NCBI GenBank assembly: GCA_016866775.1
Contig: VGLJ01000008.1
Coordinates: 39,354 to 103,353 of the forward strand
Direction: 5' to 3'
From: Candidatus Rokuibacteriota bacterium
GTDB lineage: Bacteria; Methylomirabilota; Methylomirabilia; Rokubacteriales; CSP1-6
Length of the DNA stretch: 64,000 bases
Part shown: piece by piece, positions 1-9,410 of the stretch
Layout of the letters: each line of letters begins with the position of its first letter
Numbering within the stretch: the first letter of the stretch is position 1
Notes under the pieces: generated by a model
The model's database searches: none
What the model was told of the DNA's origin: nothing
What the model saw: only the letters and a program-made list of their open reading frames with translations
Position numbers and translations under genes: made by a program

Positions 1-282
1 ACGTACGCGAAGCGGCCGCGCTCGTACGAAGGGCCGCAGCTCTCGTACTACCGCAAGATGACCGGGCTCTGGATGACGGGCGCGATCCTCGAGGCGGTCG
101 GCCCGGTCGCGCTCACCACCGACGAGACGTGGGGCCCGCCGGAAGGGTTCCTCGAGCTCCAGCAGCGCAACGGCATCGTCGCCGTCCATCCGGGCGGCAC
201 GGCGGACGTCCAGCGCGTGAGCATGGCGCGGCGGATCGGCATCGGCCGCGCGGCGCGCGAAGCGGCGGGGGAGGTGCGCTGA
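1..282 (+). CDS. Acyl-CoA dehydrogenase, C-terminal part (5' truncated by window edge)
   Basis: Frame 1 is open from base 1. It ends with HPGGTADVQRVSMARRIG, matching the ACAD C-terminal GGTxEIQRxxIA motif. Its TGA overlaps the ATG of the next gene. Confidence 0.75.
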   Translation, partial: TYAKRPRSYEGPQLSYYRKMTGLWMTGAILEAVGPVALTTDETWGPPEGFLELQQRNGIVAVHPGGTADVQRVSMARRIGIGRAAREAAGEVR

Positions 283-1070
283 TGCCGGTCACCTATGAGA
301 AGCGCGATCACATCGGCGTCGTCACGCTGAGCCGCCCCGGCGCGCGCAACGCGTGGGGCCCCGACTTCAACGAAGGCATCGCGAAGCACTTCGAGGCGAT
401 GGAGGACGACGACGACATCCGCTGCGCCATCCTCACCGGCGACGAAGCCGCCGGCGCGTTCTCCGCGGGCGCGAACCTCAAGGATCCGAAGACGCACACG
501 CAGGAGTCGCCCGCCACGTTCATCAAGAGCGTCGCGAAGCGCAGGAACCGCGCGTTCGAGATCCTCGGCAACTTCCCGAAGCCGGTGATCGGCGCCGTCA
601 ACGGCTACGCGGTCGGCATCGGCTGCATCGTCACGTTCTGCTGCGACCTGCTCGTCGCGTCCGAGAAGGCGGAGTGGCGCCTGCCGCAGGTCGCGCTCGG
701 CATCCTGCCCGCGTACGGCGGCGCCACGCGCCTCGCGCGCTGGGTCGGCCGCGGCAACGCGATGCGGATGACGCTCGGCTTCCCGATCGGCGCCGAGGAG
801 GCGCACCGGATCGGGCTCGCGCAGTGGGTGGTGCCGCACGCGAAGGTGATGGACAAGGCGCTCGAAGTCGCCGCCCACGTCGCGTCGCTGCCGCCGCTCG
901 CCGCGCGCCTGTCGAAGGAGTCGCTCATTCGCGGGCTCGACATCCCGAACCTCGCGGACGCGTCGCTCGTCGACCTCTATCGCTTCGCGACGCTCGAGCT
1001 CACCGAGGACAAGGCCGAGGGCCACGCCGCGTGGCGCGAGAAGCGCAAGCCGACGTTCAGGGGCCGGTGA
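282..1070 (+). CDS. Enoyl-CoA hydratase/isomerase (crotonase family)
   Basis: MPVTYEKRDHIGVVTLSRP..RNA, AFSAGANLK, PKPVIGAVNGYAVGIG, C-terminal EKRKPTFRGR. Confidence 0.9.
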   Translation: MPVTYEKRDHIGVVTLSRPGARNAWGPDFNEGIAKHFEAMEDDDDIRCAILTGDEAAGAFSAGANLKDPKTHTQESPATFIKSVAKRRNRAFEILGNFPKPVIGAVNGYAVGIGCIVTFCCDLLVASEKAEWRLPQVALGILPAYGGATRLARWVGRGNAMRMTLGFPIGAEEAHRIGLAQWVVPHAKVMDKALEVAAHVASLPPLAARLSKESLIRGLDIPNLADASLVDLYRFATLELTEDKAEGHAAWREKRKPTFRGR

Positions 1071-1071
1071 C

Positions 1072-2187
1072 GTGGACCTCGCGCTGACCGAATCCCAGGA
1101 GCTGCTGCGGAGCGCGGCGCGCACGTTCGTCGAGCGCGAGGCGCCGCGGCACACGATCGTGGCGCTGCAGAAACAGGGGTCGAGCCTCGTGCCGGATCTC
1201 TGGCGCAAGGCCTCGGACGCCGGGTGGCTCGGCATCCTCGTGCCGTCGGAGTACGGCGGCAGCGACAGCAGCCTGAGCGATGCCGCCGTCCTCCACGAAG
1301 AGCTCGGGCGCGGACCGCTGCCCGGCCCGTTCTTCAGCTCCGGCGTGCTCGGCGCGCTGACGGTGCTGGAAGCCGCGACGCCGGACCAGAAGCGCGCGAT
1401 CCTGCCCGGCGTCGCGGGTGGCGAGACGATCGTGTCCGTCGCGCTCGCGGAGCCGAACGCGTCGTGGGGCCCGCAGGGCATCACGCTGCGCGCCCAGCGC
1501 ACCAACGGCCGCTATCGGCTCGACGGGACCAAGCTGTTCGTGAGCGACGCCAACGCGGCGACGTTCCTGATCGTCGCCGTGCGGACCGGCGATCGTCCCA
1601 CGGACGTGAGCCTGCTGCTGGCCGATGCGCGTGCGCGCGGTGTGCATGCCCGGCGGCTGCCCGGCTTCGTCTCGTGGCAATGCGAGGTCACGTTCGACGG
1701 CGCCGAAGCCGAGCTGCTCGGCGCGCGCGAGAACGAGGGCTGGGCCGCGCTCGAGCGCGCGCTGCTCCGCGCGTGGCCCGTCCTCTGCTCCTACATGGTG
1801 GGCGGCTGCCAGGCCGTGTTCGAGATGTCGGTCGCCCACAGCCAGGTGCGCGTGCAGTTCGGCGTGCCCATCGGAAAGTTCCAGCGCGTGCAGGACCACA
1901 TCATCCGGCTCGTGAACCACCTCGACGCCGCGCGCTGGGCGACGGCCGAAGCGCTGTGGAAGCTCGACACCGGACGTCCGGCGGCCGCCGCCGTCCACAT
2001 GGCGAAGGCGCTCAGCAGCGAAGGCTATCTCGAGGCGTGCAACGCCGCGCACGAGGTCCACGCGGGGCAGGGCAGCCTGATCGAGTACGGGCTCGTCGCG
2101 CACACGCAGATGTCGCGCACGCTCTTCACGTATCTCGGCGATCCGCGCTGGCACAAGCGGCGCATGGCGGACGCGCTCGAATGGTAG
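1072..2187 (+). CDS. Acyl-CoA dehydrogenase family protein (likely non-catalytic beta-type subunit)
   Basis: MDLALTESQELLRSAAR, GWLGILVPSEYGG, EELGR, RVQFGVPIGKFQRVQD. The C-terminus (TYLGDP) lacks the usual catalytic Glu motif. Confidence 0.88.
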   Translation: MDLALTESQELLRSAARTFVEREAPRHTIVALQKQGSSLVPDLWRKASDAGWLGILVPSEYGGSDSSLSDAAVLHEELGRGPLPGPFFSSGVLGALTVLEAATPDQKRAILPGVAGGETIVSVALAEPNASWGPQGITLRAQRTNGRYRLDGTKLFVSDANAATFLIVAVRTGDRPTDVSLLLADARARGVHARRLPGFVSWQCEVTFDGAEAELLGARENEGWAALERALLRAWPVLCSYMVGGCQAVFEMSVAHSQVRVQFGVPIGKFQRVQDHIIRLVNHLDAARWATAEALWKLDTGRPAAAAVHMAKALSSEGYLEACNAAHEVHAGQGSLIEYGLVAHTQMSRTLFTYLGDPRWHKRRMADALEW

Positions 2188-3497
2188 ACGGGGCGCGGCC
2201 GAGCTTCGTCTTCATCCTCGCCGACGACCTCGGCTACGCCGATCTCGGCTGCTACGGCGCGCGCGGCGCTTCACCGTCGCCCGTGCTCGATCGTCTCGCC
2301 ACCGAAGGGCTGCGCTTCACCGACGGCTACGCGAACTCGCCGGTGTGCTCCCCCACGCGCTTCGCGCTGATCACGGGCCGCTGGCAGTACCGCCTCCGTG
2401 CCGGCAACGATGAGCCGATCGCCAGCCGTCATCGCGGCAGCCCGACGCTCGGCCTGCCGCCCGAGCACCCCACGCTGCCGTCGCTGCTGCGCGCGGCGGG
2501 CTACACGACAGCCCTCGCGGGCAAGTGGCACCTCGGGTTCGCGCCGCACTTCGGCCCGCTCAAGAGCGGCTACATGGAATTCTTCGGGCCGCTGAGCGGC
2601 GGCGTCGACTACTTCACCCACAAGGACTCGGCCGGCGCGCACGATCTCTACGACGGCGACGCGGAGTCGCAGCGCACCGGGTACCTCACGGATCTCATCT
2701 CCGATCGCGCGGTCGACTTCATCCGCCGCCGGCAGGGCCAGGCGGAGCCGTTCCTGCTCTCGGTGCACTACACGGCGCCGCACTGGCCGTGGGAGACGCG
2801 CGCCGACGAGGCGGAGGCGCGAGCGATCAAGCGGATCGTGCACACCGACGGCGGCTCCGTCGAGATCTATCGCACGATGATCCGCCACATGGACGAAGGG
2901 ATCGGCCGCATCGTCGAGGCGTTGCGCGGGACCGGCGCCGAGCACAACACGCTGGTCGTCTTCACGAGCGACAACGGCGGCGAGCGGTTCTCGGACACGT
3001 GGCCGCTCGTCGGCAAGAAGATGGATCTGCTCGAAGGCGGCATCCGCGTGCCGTACATCGTCCGGTGGCCCCACCGGGTGCGCGCGGGCGGCGTCACCAC
3101 GCAGCACGCGATCACGATGGACTGGACCGCGACGTTCCTCGACGCGGCGGGCGTGGCGCCGCATCCCGACTATCCGCTGGACGGGACGAGCCTGCTGAAC
3201 GTGCTCGAGCGTCCGGACCAGCCGTTCGCGCGCGAGCTCTACTGGCGCATGAAGTGGCGGAGCCAGAAGGCGATGCGCGACGGGACGTGGAAGTACCTCG
3301 CCACGGACGACGGCGAGTTCCTCTTCGATCTCTCGCGCGACCCGCGCGAGCGCGCGAACGTCGCCCGGCGCGAGCCGGACCGGCTCGTGGCGATGCGCGA
3401 GCGCTACGCGGCGTGGGAGAAGACGATTCCGCCGCTTCCGTCGGACGCCTCGTCCGTGATTCCGTACACTCGGGCCGACCTGGCGCATCCCTCCTGA
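2181..3497 (+). CDS. Sulfatase (arylsulfatase A-like)
   Basis: PSFVFILADDLGYADLG, formylglycine motif CSPTR, GKWHLG, FTSDNGG, EGGIRVP. Confidence 0.93.
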   Translation: MVDGARPSFVFILADDLGYADLGCYGARGASPSPVLDRLATEGLRFTDGYANSPVCSPTRFALITGRWQYRLRAGNDEPIASRHRGSPTLGLPPEHPTLPSLLRAAGYTTALAGKWHLGFAPHFGPLKSGYMEFFGPLSGGVDYFTHKDSAGAHDLYDGDAESQRTGYLTDLISDRAVDFIRRRQGQAEPFLLSVHYTAPHWPWETRADEAEARAIKRIVHTDGGSVEIYRTMIRHMDEGIGRIVEALRGTGAEHNTLVVFTSDNGGERFSDTWPLVGKKMDLLEGGIRVPYIVRWPHRVRAGGVTTQHAITMDWTATFLDAAGVAPHPDYPLDGTSLLNVLERPDQPFARELYWRMKWRSQKAMRDGTWKYLATDDGEFLFDLSRDPRERANVARREPDRLVAMRERYAAWEKTIPPLPSDASSVIPYTRADLAHPS

Positions 3498-3507
3498 AAG
3501 GGCAGAC

Positions 3508-5361
3508 ATGACGAACCAGTTGCCGAACGTGCACGAGACCGAGCATCACGCCGCGGACCGGGCGACCTCGCGGCCCGTCGTCGCGGGCATGCAGGGCGTC
3601 GCCGCCTCCGGGCACCCGCTGGTGTCGATGGCGGCGATGCGGATGCTGCTCACCGGCGGCAACGCGGCGGACGCCGCGGCCGCGGCAGGATTCGCCGCCG
3701 CCGTCGTCGAGCCGACCGCGTCCTACACGCTCTGCGGCGAGTGCGTCGCGCTCGTGTACGACGCGCGGACGCGCGAGACCACGTCGGTGAGCGGCCAGGG
3801 CGTGGCGCCGGCGCTCGCGACCATCGGGTTCTTCCGCGGGCGCGGCTTCGATCGCATCCCGACCGGTCCGGGCGCCGACGCGCATCTGTCGTTCACGGTG
3901 CCGGGCGCGGTCGACGCGTACCTGACGCTGATCGAGACGTACGGGACCCGGAGTGTCAGCGAGGTCCTCGCGCCCGCCGTGCACTACGCCGAGCGCGGCT
4001 TCCCGATGTACGAGTACATGCACCGGATGCTCGCGATTCCGGAGACGCGGAGCCAGTTCGACCTCTATCCGCCCGGCGGCCACGGCGTGTTCTATCCGGG
4101 CGGCCGCGTGCCGCGCGTGGGCGAGACGTTCGTGCAGCCCGCGCTCGCGGCGACGTTGAAGCGCCTCGTCGACGCGGACGCCGCCGCGCGCGGCCATCGC
4201 CGTGCGGGCATCGCCGCCGCGCGCGAGCGCTTCTATCGCGGCGACATCGCGTCGACGATCGGCGCGTTCTCGGAGAAGCTCGGCGGCCTGTTGCGCGCTT
4301 CGGATCTCGCGGGCTATCGCACGCGCCTCGAGCCTCCCGCGCGCACGACCTTCCAGGGCCGGGAAATCATCGGCCAGGGCGCGTTCACGCAAGGCCCCGT
4401 GCTGATGCAAGCCCTCGGCATGCTGTCGACGTTCGATCTCCGCTCGTTCGGCCACAACTCCGCCCGGTACATCCACGTGGTGAGCGAGGCGCTCAAGCTC
4501 GCGTTCGCGGATCGCGAGCGTTACTACGGCGACGTCCCCTCGGTCCCGATGACCGCACTGCTCGATCCGACCTACTTGCGCGCGCGCGCGTCTCTGATCC
4601 GAATGGATCACGCGATGCCTGAAGCCCCCAGCGCGGGAGTGTTGAGTGGGTCGTCGGGGTCCCCGGGGTCGCGGGGGTGGGGCGCCGAGGACCGGAGCGG
4701 AAGGGCCCCACTGGGGGATGGGTGGAGCGAGGACCGCAGGCGCCCCGCCCCCGCGACCCCGGGGACCCCGACGACCCACACGGACGGGACGACGCACATC
4801 GCGGCCATCGACCGCGACGGCATGATGGTCGCGCTCACGCCGAGCGGCGGCGTCTTCAGGAAGTCCGCGTTCTCGCCGGAGCTCGGCTGCACGCTGAGCA
4901 CGCGCAGCGAGATGTTCGTTCTCGAAGAGGGCCATCCGAACGGGCTCATGCCCGGCAAGCGCCCGCGCACGACGCTCGTCAATTACCTCGTCTGCGAGAA
5001 CGGCGTGCCGGTGATGACGATCGGCTGCCCGGGCGGCGACGATCAGTCGCAAGCGGATCTCCAGCTCCTCCTCAACGTGCTGGTGTGGGGCATGAACCCG
5101 CAGCAGGCGGTGGAAGCGCCCCGCTTCTCGACGCAGACGCTGGTGAACTCGTTCTGGCCGCGCGTGTATCACCCCGGCCAGCTCAACGTCGAGGCCGGCA
5201 TTCCGGAGCGCACGCGCACCGAGCTGCGCGCGCTCGGCCACACGGTCACGGAGATCGGCGCGTGCGGCATCGGCGCGATCGTGACCCGCCGCGATCCGGA
5301 GACCGGCGTGCTGTCCGCGGGCGCCGACCCGCGCCGCCCGACGTACGCCCTCGCCTGGTAG
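3508..5361 (+). CDS. ggt: Gamma-glutamyltransferase family protein carrying an in-frame palindromic insertion
   Basis: GGNAADAA, TVPGAV, FYRGDIA, KLAFADR, nucleophile GTTH, PGKRPRTT, GADPRR. Confidence 0.9.
   Translation: MTNQLPNVHETEHHAADRATSRPVVAGMQGVAASGHPLVSMAAMRMLLTGGNAADAAAAAGFAAAVVEPTASYTLCGECVALVYDARTRETTSVSGQGVAPALATIGFFRGRGFDRIPTGPGADAHLSFTVPGAVDAYLTLIETYGTRSVSEVLAPAVHYAERGFPMYEYMHRMLAIPETRSQFDLYPPGGHGVFYPGGRVPRVGETFVQPALAATLKRLVDADAAARGHRRAGIAAARERFYRGDIASTIGAFSEKLGGLLRASDLAGYRTRLEPPARTTFQGREIIGQGAFTQGPVLMQALGMLSTFDLRSFGHNSARYIHVVSEALKLAFADRERYYGDVPSVPMTALLDPTYLRARASLIRMDHAMPEAPSAGVLSGSSGSPGSRGWGAEDRSGRAPLGDGWSEDRRRPAPATPGTPTTHTDGTTHIAAIDRDGMMVALTPSGGVFRKSAFSPELGCTLSTRSEMFVLEEGHPNGLMPGKRPRTTLVNYLVCENGVPVMTIGCPGGDDQSQADLQLLLNVLVWGMNPQQAVEAPRFSTQTLVNSFWPRVYHPGQLNVEAGIPERTRTELRALGHTVTEIGACGIGAIVTRRDPETGVLSAGADPRRPTYALAW
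4646..4779. repeat. Palindromic element with 41-bp inverted arms and a 52-nt loop, inside ggt
   Basis: 4646-4686 gtgggtcgtcggggtccccggggtcgcgggggtggggcgcc is the reverse complement of 4739-4779 with one mismatch (a G-U pair in RNA). Confidence 0.92.
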
Positions 5362-5372
5362 CCGCCGCCGTG

Positions 5373-6282
5373 ATGCGGACGGCCATCGTCGCCGGCGCGC
5401 TGGGCCTTCTGGCGCTCGCGGCGGTGGTCGTCGCCGCGCCGGATGAGCCACCGTGTACGGCCGCGCCGCGCGGGACGATCGAGACCGCGGGCGGCGCGGA
5501 AGACATCGTGACGCTCGCGCTCGGCGACGGGCGCGTGAGGTTGTTCTTCCGCGACGCGGGCCGGATCAGCTTCGCGGACCTGCGCACGGCGGACGATCCC
5601 GCACCGACCGCCGCGCTCGCGTGGCGTCCGCGCGACGTCGACTTCGAGCCGCTCGGTCTGTCGCTCGTCACGGGACCACACCCGGGCTCCGGCACGCTCT
5701 ACGTCGTCGATCGCGTGACGCCCGCGCGGATCTGGCGCCTGCCGACCGTCGACGGGCGGATCGGCGAGGTGACGGAGCCGTGGGCGAAGAGCCTGGGCGA
5801 CGTCCGTCCCAATGACGTCCAGGCCGCCGGCGATGACGCCTACGTCACGCATCTCGATGCGATGGCGAAGCTCCCCGGCCGGCCGGTCCCGTGGCACGGC
5901 GTGGTGCGCGTCCGTGCCGGCGGCGCGCTCGAGCCGTACGCGGAGGGACTCCGGGGCGCCAACGGGATCGTCGAGCTCGACGCGCAGCGATTGCTCGTGT
6001 CGGACTACTGGAACCGGCGCCTGCGATTCGTCGCCAAGGATCCGAGCGCCGCGCCGCCCGCTCGCGTTCTTCAACGTGCTGCTGCCGTTCGTGCCGTCGC
6101 CGTCCGCCGTGTTGTCGATCGACGTCAGCCAGCTCGGGGACGACGCGAGCCCCACGCCGCTCTGGGAGGGCGGCCTGTTCGATGGACGGTCGGTGTCCGT
6201 GGCCGTCCCGGTGCCCGGCGGGCTCGCGCTGGGACAGGTTCGCGCGAAGGGCGTGCTCGTCGTACGATGCGCGGCACCATGA
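5373..6282 (+). pseudogene. Secreted paraoxonase/SMP-30-like beta-propeller protein, frameshifted near 6060
   Basis: Signal peptide and motifs GAEDI, FEPLGL, RPNDV, GANGI in one frame. The C-terminus (LAFFNVLLPF...SVAVPVPGGLALG) is in another frame and its TGA overlaps the next ATG (ATGA). Confidence 0.65.
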
Positions 6283-7433
6283 AGATCACCGGCGTCACCC
6301 CGTTCCTCGCGGATCTCGGCGGCAACAAGAACCTGCTGTTCGTCAAGGTCACGACCGACGGCGGGCCCCACGGCTGGGGCGAGTGCTACACGCAGACCGA
6401 CCGCGACCGGAGCGTGGTCGCGCACGTCGAGGCGCTCGGCCGCTACGCGGTCGGACGCGACGCCGCGGACATCACGCACTTCGTGCACATGGCCTATCAC
6501 GACTTCGCGAGCAAGCGCGGGGCGATGGACTTCTGGAGCGCGGTGAGCGGCATCGAGCTGGCGCTGTGGGACATCGCGGGCAAGCGCCACGGCGTGCCGG
6601 TGCACGAGCTGCTCGGCGGGCGCTGCCGCGACCGTGTACGCGTCTACGCGAACGGCTGGTATTTCGGCGGCGACAAGACGCCGGCCGGCTACGCCGCGAA
6701 GGCGAAGGCCACGGTGGCGCGCGGCTTCACCGCGCTGAAGTTCGATCCGTTCCCGGGGCCGTGGCGCACGCACATCGCGCGCGACGTGGAAGAGCAGGCG
6801 ATCGCCACCGTCGCCGCCGTCCGCGACGCCGTCGGGCCGGACGTCGACCTGCTGATCGAGGTGCATCGCCGGCTGGCGCCCATGCACGCGATCCGCATCG
6901 CGCGCGCGATCGAGCGCTACCGGCCGTTCTGGTTCGAGGAGCCGGTGTCGTCGACCAACCTCGAAGCGCTGGCCGAGTGCCGGCGCCAGATCGCGATCCC
7001 GATCGTCACGGGCGAGGAGCTCTACACGCGCGCGGAGTTCCGGCGGGTGTTCGAGCTGCGCGCCGCGGATATCATCAACCCCGACGTGTGCAACTGCGGC
7101 GGCATCCTCGAGCTGCGCGCGATCGCCCAGATGGCCGAGCCGTCGTTCGTCACCGTGTCGCCGCACAACTTCAACAGCACCACCGTCGGGCTCGCCGCCA
7201 CCCTGCAGGTCGCGGCGGCGATCCCGAACTTCCTCATCACCGAGTACTTCGTGAACTTCGAGGCGCGCGGGCGGGAGATCGCGCGGCCCGGCTTCGTGGT
7301 GCAGGATGGGTACATCGCGGTGCCGCGGGACCCCGGGCTCGGCGTCGAGATCGACGAAGCGGCGCTCGCGCGCTCCCCCGCGCCCGAGCGTCCGGCGCGT
7401 GCATTATTCGGCCCGGGCGACGAAGGTCCGTAG
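6279..7433 (+). CDS. Mandelate racemase/muconate lactonizing enzyme family (galactonate dehydratase-like)
   Basis: MKITGV, GWGE, SGIELALWDIAGK, GFTALKFDPF, WFEEP, TGEE, INPDVCNCGG, PGLGVEID. Confidence 0.9.
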   Translation: MKITGVTPFLADLGGNKNLLFVKVTTDGGPHGWGECYTQTDRDRSVVAHVEALGRYAVGRDAADITHFVHMAYHDFASKRGAMDFWSAVSGIELALWDIAGKRHGVPVHELLGGRCRDRVRVYANGWYFGGDKTPAGYAAKAKATVARGFTALKFDPFPGPWRTHIARDVEEQAIATVAAVRDAVGPDVDLLIEVHRRLAPMHAIRIARAIERYRPFWFEEPVSSTNLEALAECRRQIAIPIVTGEELYTRAEFRRVFELRAADIINPDVCNCGGILELRAIAQMAEPSFVTVSPHNFNSTTVGLAATLQVAAAIPNFLITEYFVNFEARGREIARPGFVVQDGYIAVPRDPGLGVEIDEAALARSPAPERPARALFGPGDEGP

Positions 7434-7442
7434 GAGGGACGC

Positions 7443-8414
7443 ATGGCGGTTGCGACGATGATCCCGGTGATCGACTTCGGGCGATGTTTCGCGGGCGCGC
7501 CGGGCGCGCTCGAGGCGACGGCGGCCGTGCTGCGCGCCACGCTGGAGCACGTCGGGTTCTTCGTCATGGTCAACCACGGCGTGCCGCAGGCGCTCATCGA
7601 CCGGACGTTCGCCGAGGCGCGGCGGTTCCACGACCAGCCGATGGACGCGAAGCTCGCGCTCAAGATGAACGAGCACAACAACGGCTACATGACGCTGGGC
7701 CGGTACGCGGTGTGGACGTCGGAGGTCAACGCCAACGACAAGCCCGACCTCAACGAGGCGTTCTTCTCGCGTCGCGAGCGGAGGCCCGACGATCCGATGC
7801 TCCGACGCCGCTTCGCCGGGCCCAACCTGTGGCCCGACGGTCTGCCGGGGTTCCGGGACGCGGTCCTCACGTATTGCGACGCGATGGACGCGCTGAGCGC
7901 GCGCGCGCTGCGGGTCGTCGCGGTCGCGCTCGAGCTGCCGCCGACCACGTTCGACCGCGCGTTCGCCGACAGCCAGTTCACGTTCCGCATGACGCACTAT
8001 CCCCCGGTCGCCGCGGAGCCGAACCAGTTCGGGATCGCCCCGCACACGGACGCGAACTTCCTCACGTTCCTGGCGCAGAGCGACGTGCCCGGGCTCCAGG
8101 TGCGGACGCCGGCAGGCGACTGGGTGGACGTGCCGTACGTGCCCGGGTCGTACGCGGTGAACACCGGCGACATGATGGTTCGCTGGACGAACGGCCGCTT
8201 CAAGTCGACGCCGCATCGCGCGCTGCCGCCGGTGGGCCGCCACCGCTACGCGATCCCGTTCTTCCTCGGCCCGCACATGGACACGGTGATCGCGTGCCTG
8301 CCGACGTGTGAGAGCGCGGAGAACCCGCCGCGGTTCGAGCCCATCACGTACGAGGCCTATCTCACGTGGTGGTACGAGAAGAACTACGACTTCGCCGTGC
8401 AGAAGGACGCGTAA
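7443..8414 (+). CDS. 2-oxoglutarate/Fe(II) oxygenase (isopenicillin N synthase family)
   Basis: IPVIDF, GFFVMVNHGV, HTD facial triad, NTGDMMVRWTNGRFKSTPHR, RYAIPFF. Confidence 0.92.
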   Translation: MAVATMIPVIDFGRCFAGAPGALEATAAVLRATLEHVGFFVMVNHGVPQALIDRTFAEARRFHDQPMDAKLALKMNEHNNGYMTLGRYAVWTSEVNANDKPDLNEAFFSRRERRPDDPMLRRRFAGPNLWPDGLPGFRDAVLTYCDAMDALSARALRVVAVALELPPTTFDRAFADSQFTFRMTHYPPVAAEPNQFGIAPHTDANFLTFLAQSDVPGLQVRTPAGDWVDVPYVPGSYAVNTGDMMVRWTNGRFKSTPHRALPPVGRHRYAIPFFLGPHMDTVIACLPTCESAENPPRFEPITYEAYLTWWYEKNYDFAVQKDA

Positions 8415-8585
8415 CGGGCACGCGTGGCCGGCCGCGCCGGCCACGCGACGAACACCGCCGCGAGCATCGAACCTCGCATCATGCTCTGCCCCTTTCCCGA
8501 GGGACTCCACCCTCGGGTCCTCCTGCGAGGCGGCCGCGTGTGCGGATTTTTCAATTACACTCTGTGAGCCGTCGGGGAGGACGTC

Positions 8586-9410
8586 ATGGGAGGAGATCAG
8601 AGCGAGAAGGCCGCGCGGTTCCGCGCGCTGCATCAGGCTCCGGGCGCGTTCCTGATCGCGAACGCGTGGGACGGAGGCTCCGCGCGCATCCTCGCGGGGC
8701 TCGGCTTCCAGGCGATCGCCACGTCGAGCGGCGCGCAGGCCGGCACGCTCGGCAAGCGCGACGGCGCCGTCTCGCGCGACGAAGCGCTCGCGCACTGCCG
8801 CGTGATCGTCGACGCGACGGACCTTCCGGTCTCCGCCGACCTCGAGCGCGGCTTCGGCGACACGCCGGAGATCGTGGCGGAGACGATCCGGCGGGCGGCC
8901 GCGATCGGGCTCGTCGGCGCGTCGATCGAGGACGCGAAGGCCGAGCGCGGCGCCGGCGTCTACGACATCGGCCTCGCCACCGAGCGCGTCACCGCGGCGG
9001 TGGAAGCGGCGCGCGCGTCGGGCGTGGCGTTCGTGCTCACCGGGCGCGCCGAAGGGCTCCTGCGCGGGAGCAAGGACGTCGACGACATCATCAAGCGCCT
9101 GCAGGCGTATGAAAAAGCCGGCGCCGACGTGCTCATGGCCCCCGGCCTTCCCGATCTCGCGTCGGTGCGCGCGGTCTGCAGCGCGGTGACGAAGCCCTTC
9201 AACTTCATGGTCGGCATCCCGGGCAAGTCGTTCAGCGTCGCCGAGCTCCAGGCTGCCGGCGTGAAGCGCATCAGTCTCGCGACGTCGCTCTACAAGGCCG
9301 CGATCACCGGCATGATCGACGCCGCGCGCGAGGCGAAGGACAAGGGGACATTCGGCTACCTCGACCGCTCGATCCCGACGCAGGACTTCAACGCCTTCAT
9401 GCGAGGGTGA
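8586..9410 (+). CDS. Isocitrate lyase/PEP mutase family protein
   Basis: NAWDGGSAR, ATSSG, PVSADLERGFG, SIED, AYEKAGAD; GGAGG RBS upstream. Confidence 0.9.
   Translation: MGGDQSEKAARFRALHQAPGAFLIANAWDGGSARILAGLGFQAIATSSGAQAGTLGKRDGAVSRDEALAHCRVIVDATDLPVSADLERGFGDTPEIVAETIRRAAAIGLVGASIEDAKAERGAGVYDIGLATERVTAAVEAARASGVAFVLTGRAEGLLRGSKDVDDIIKRLQAYEKAGADVLMAPGLPDLASVRAVCSAVTKPFNFMVGIPGKSFSVAELQAAGVKRISLATSLYKAAITGMIDAAREAKDKGTFGYLDRSIPTQDFNAFMRG

Noticed and set aside
4677-7433. Apparent 918-aa fusion of a propeller domain and an enolase-superfamily enzyme
   Set aside because: Artefact of the frameshift near 6060. The enolase-family gene has its own ATG at 6279, overlapping the true stop of the upstream gene.
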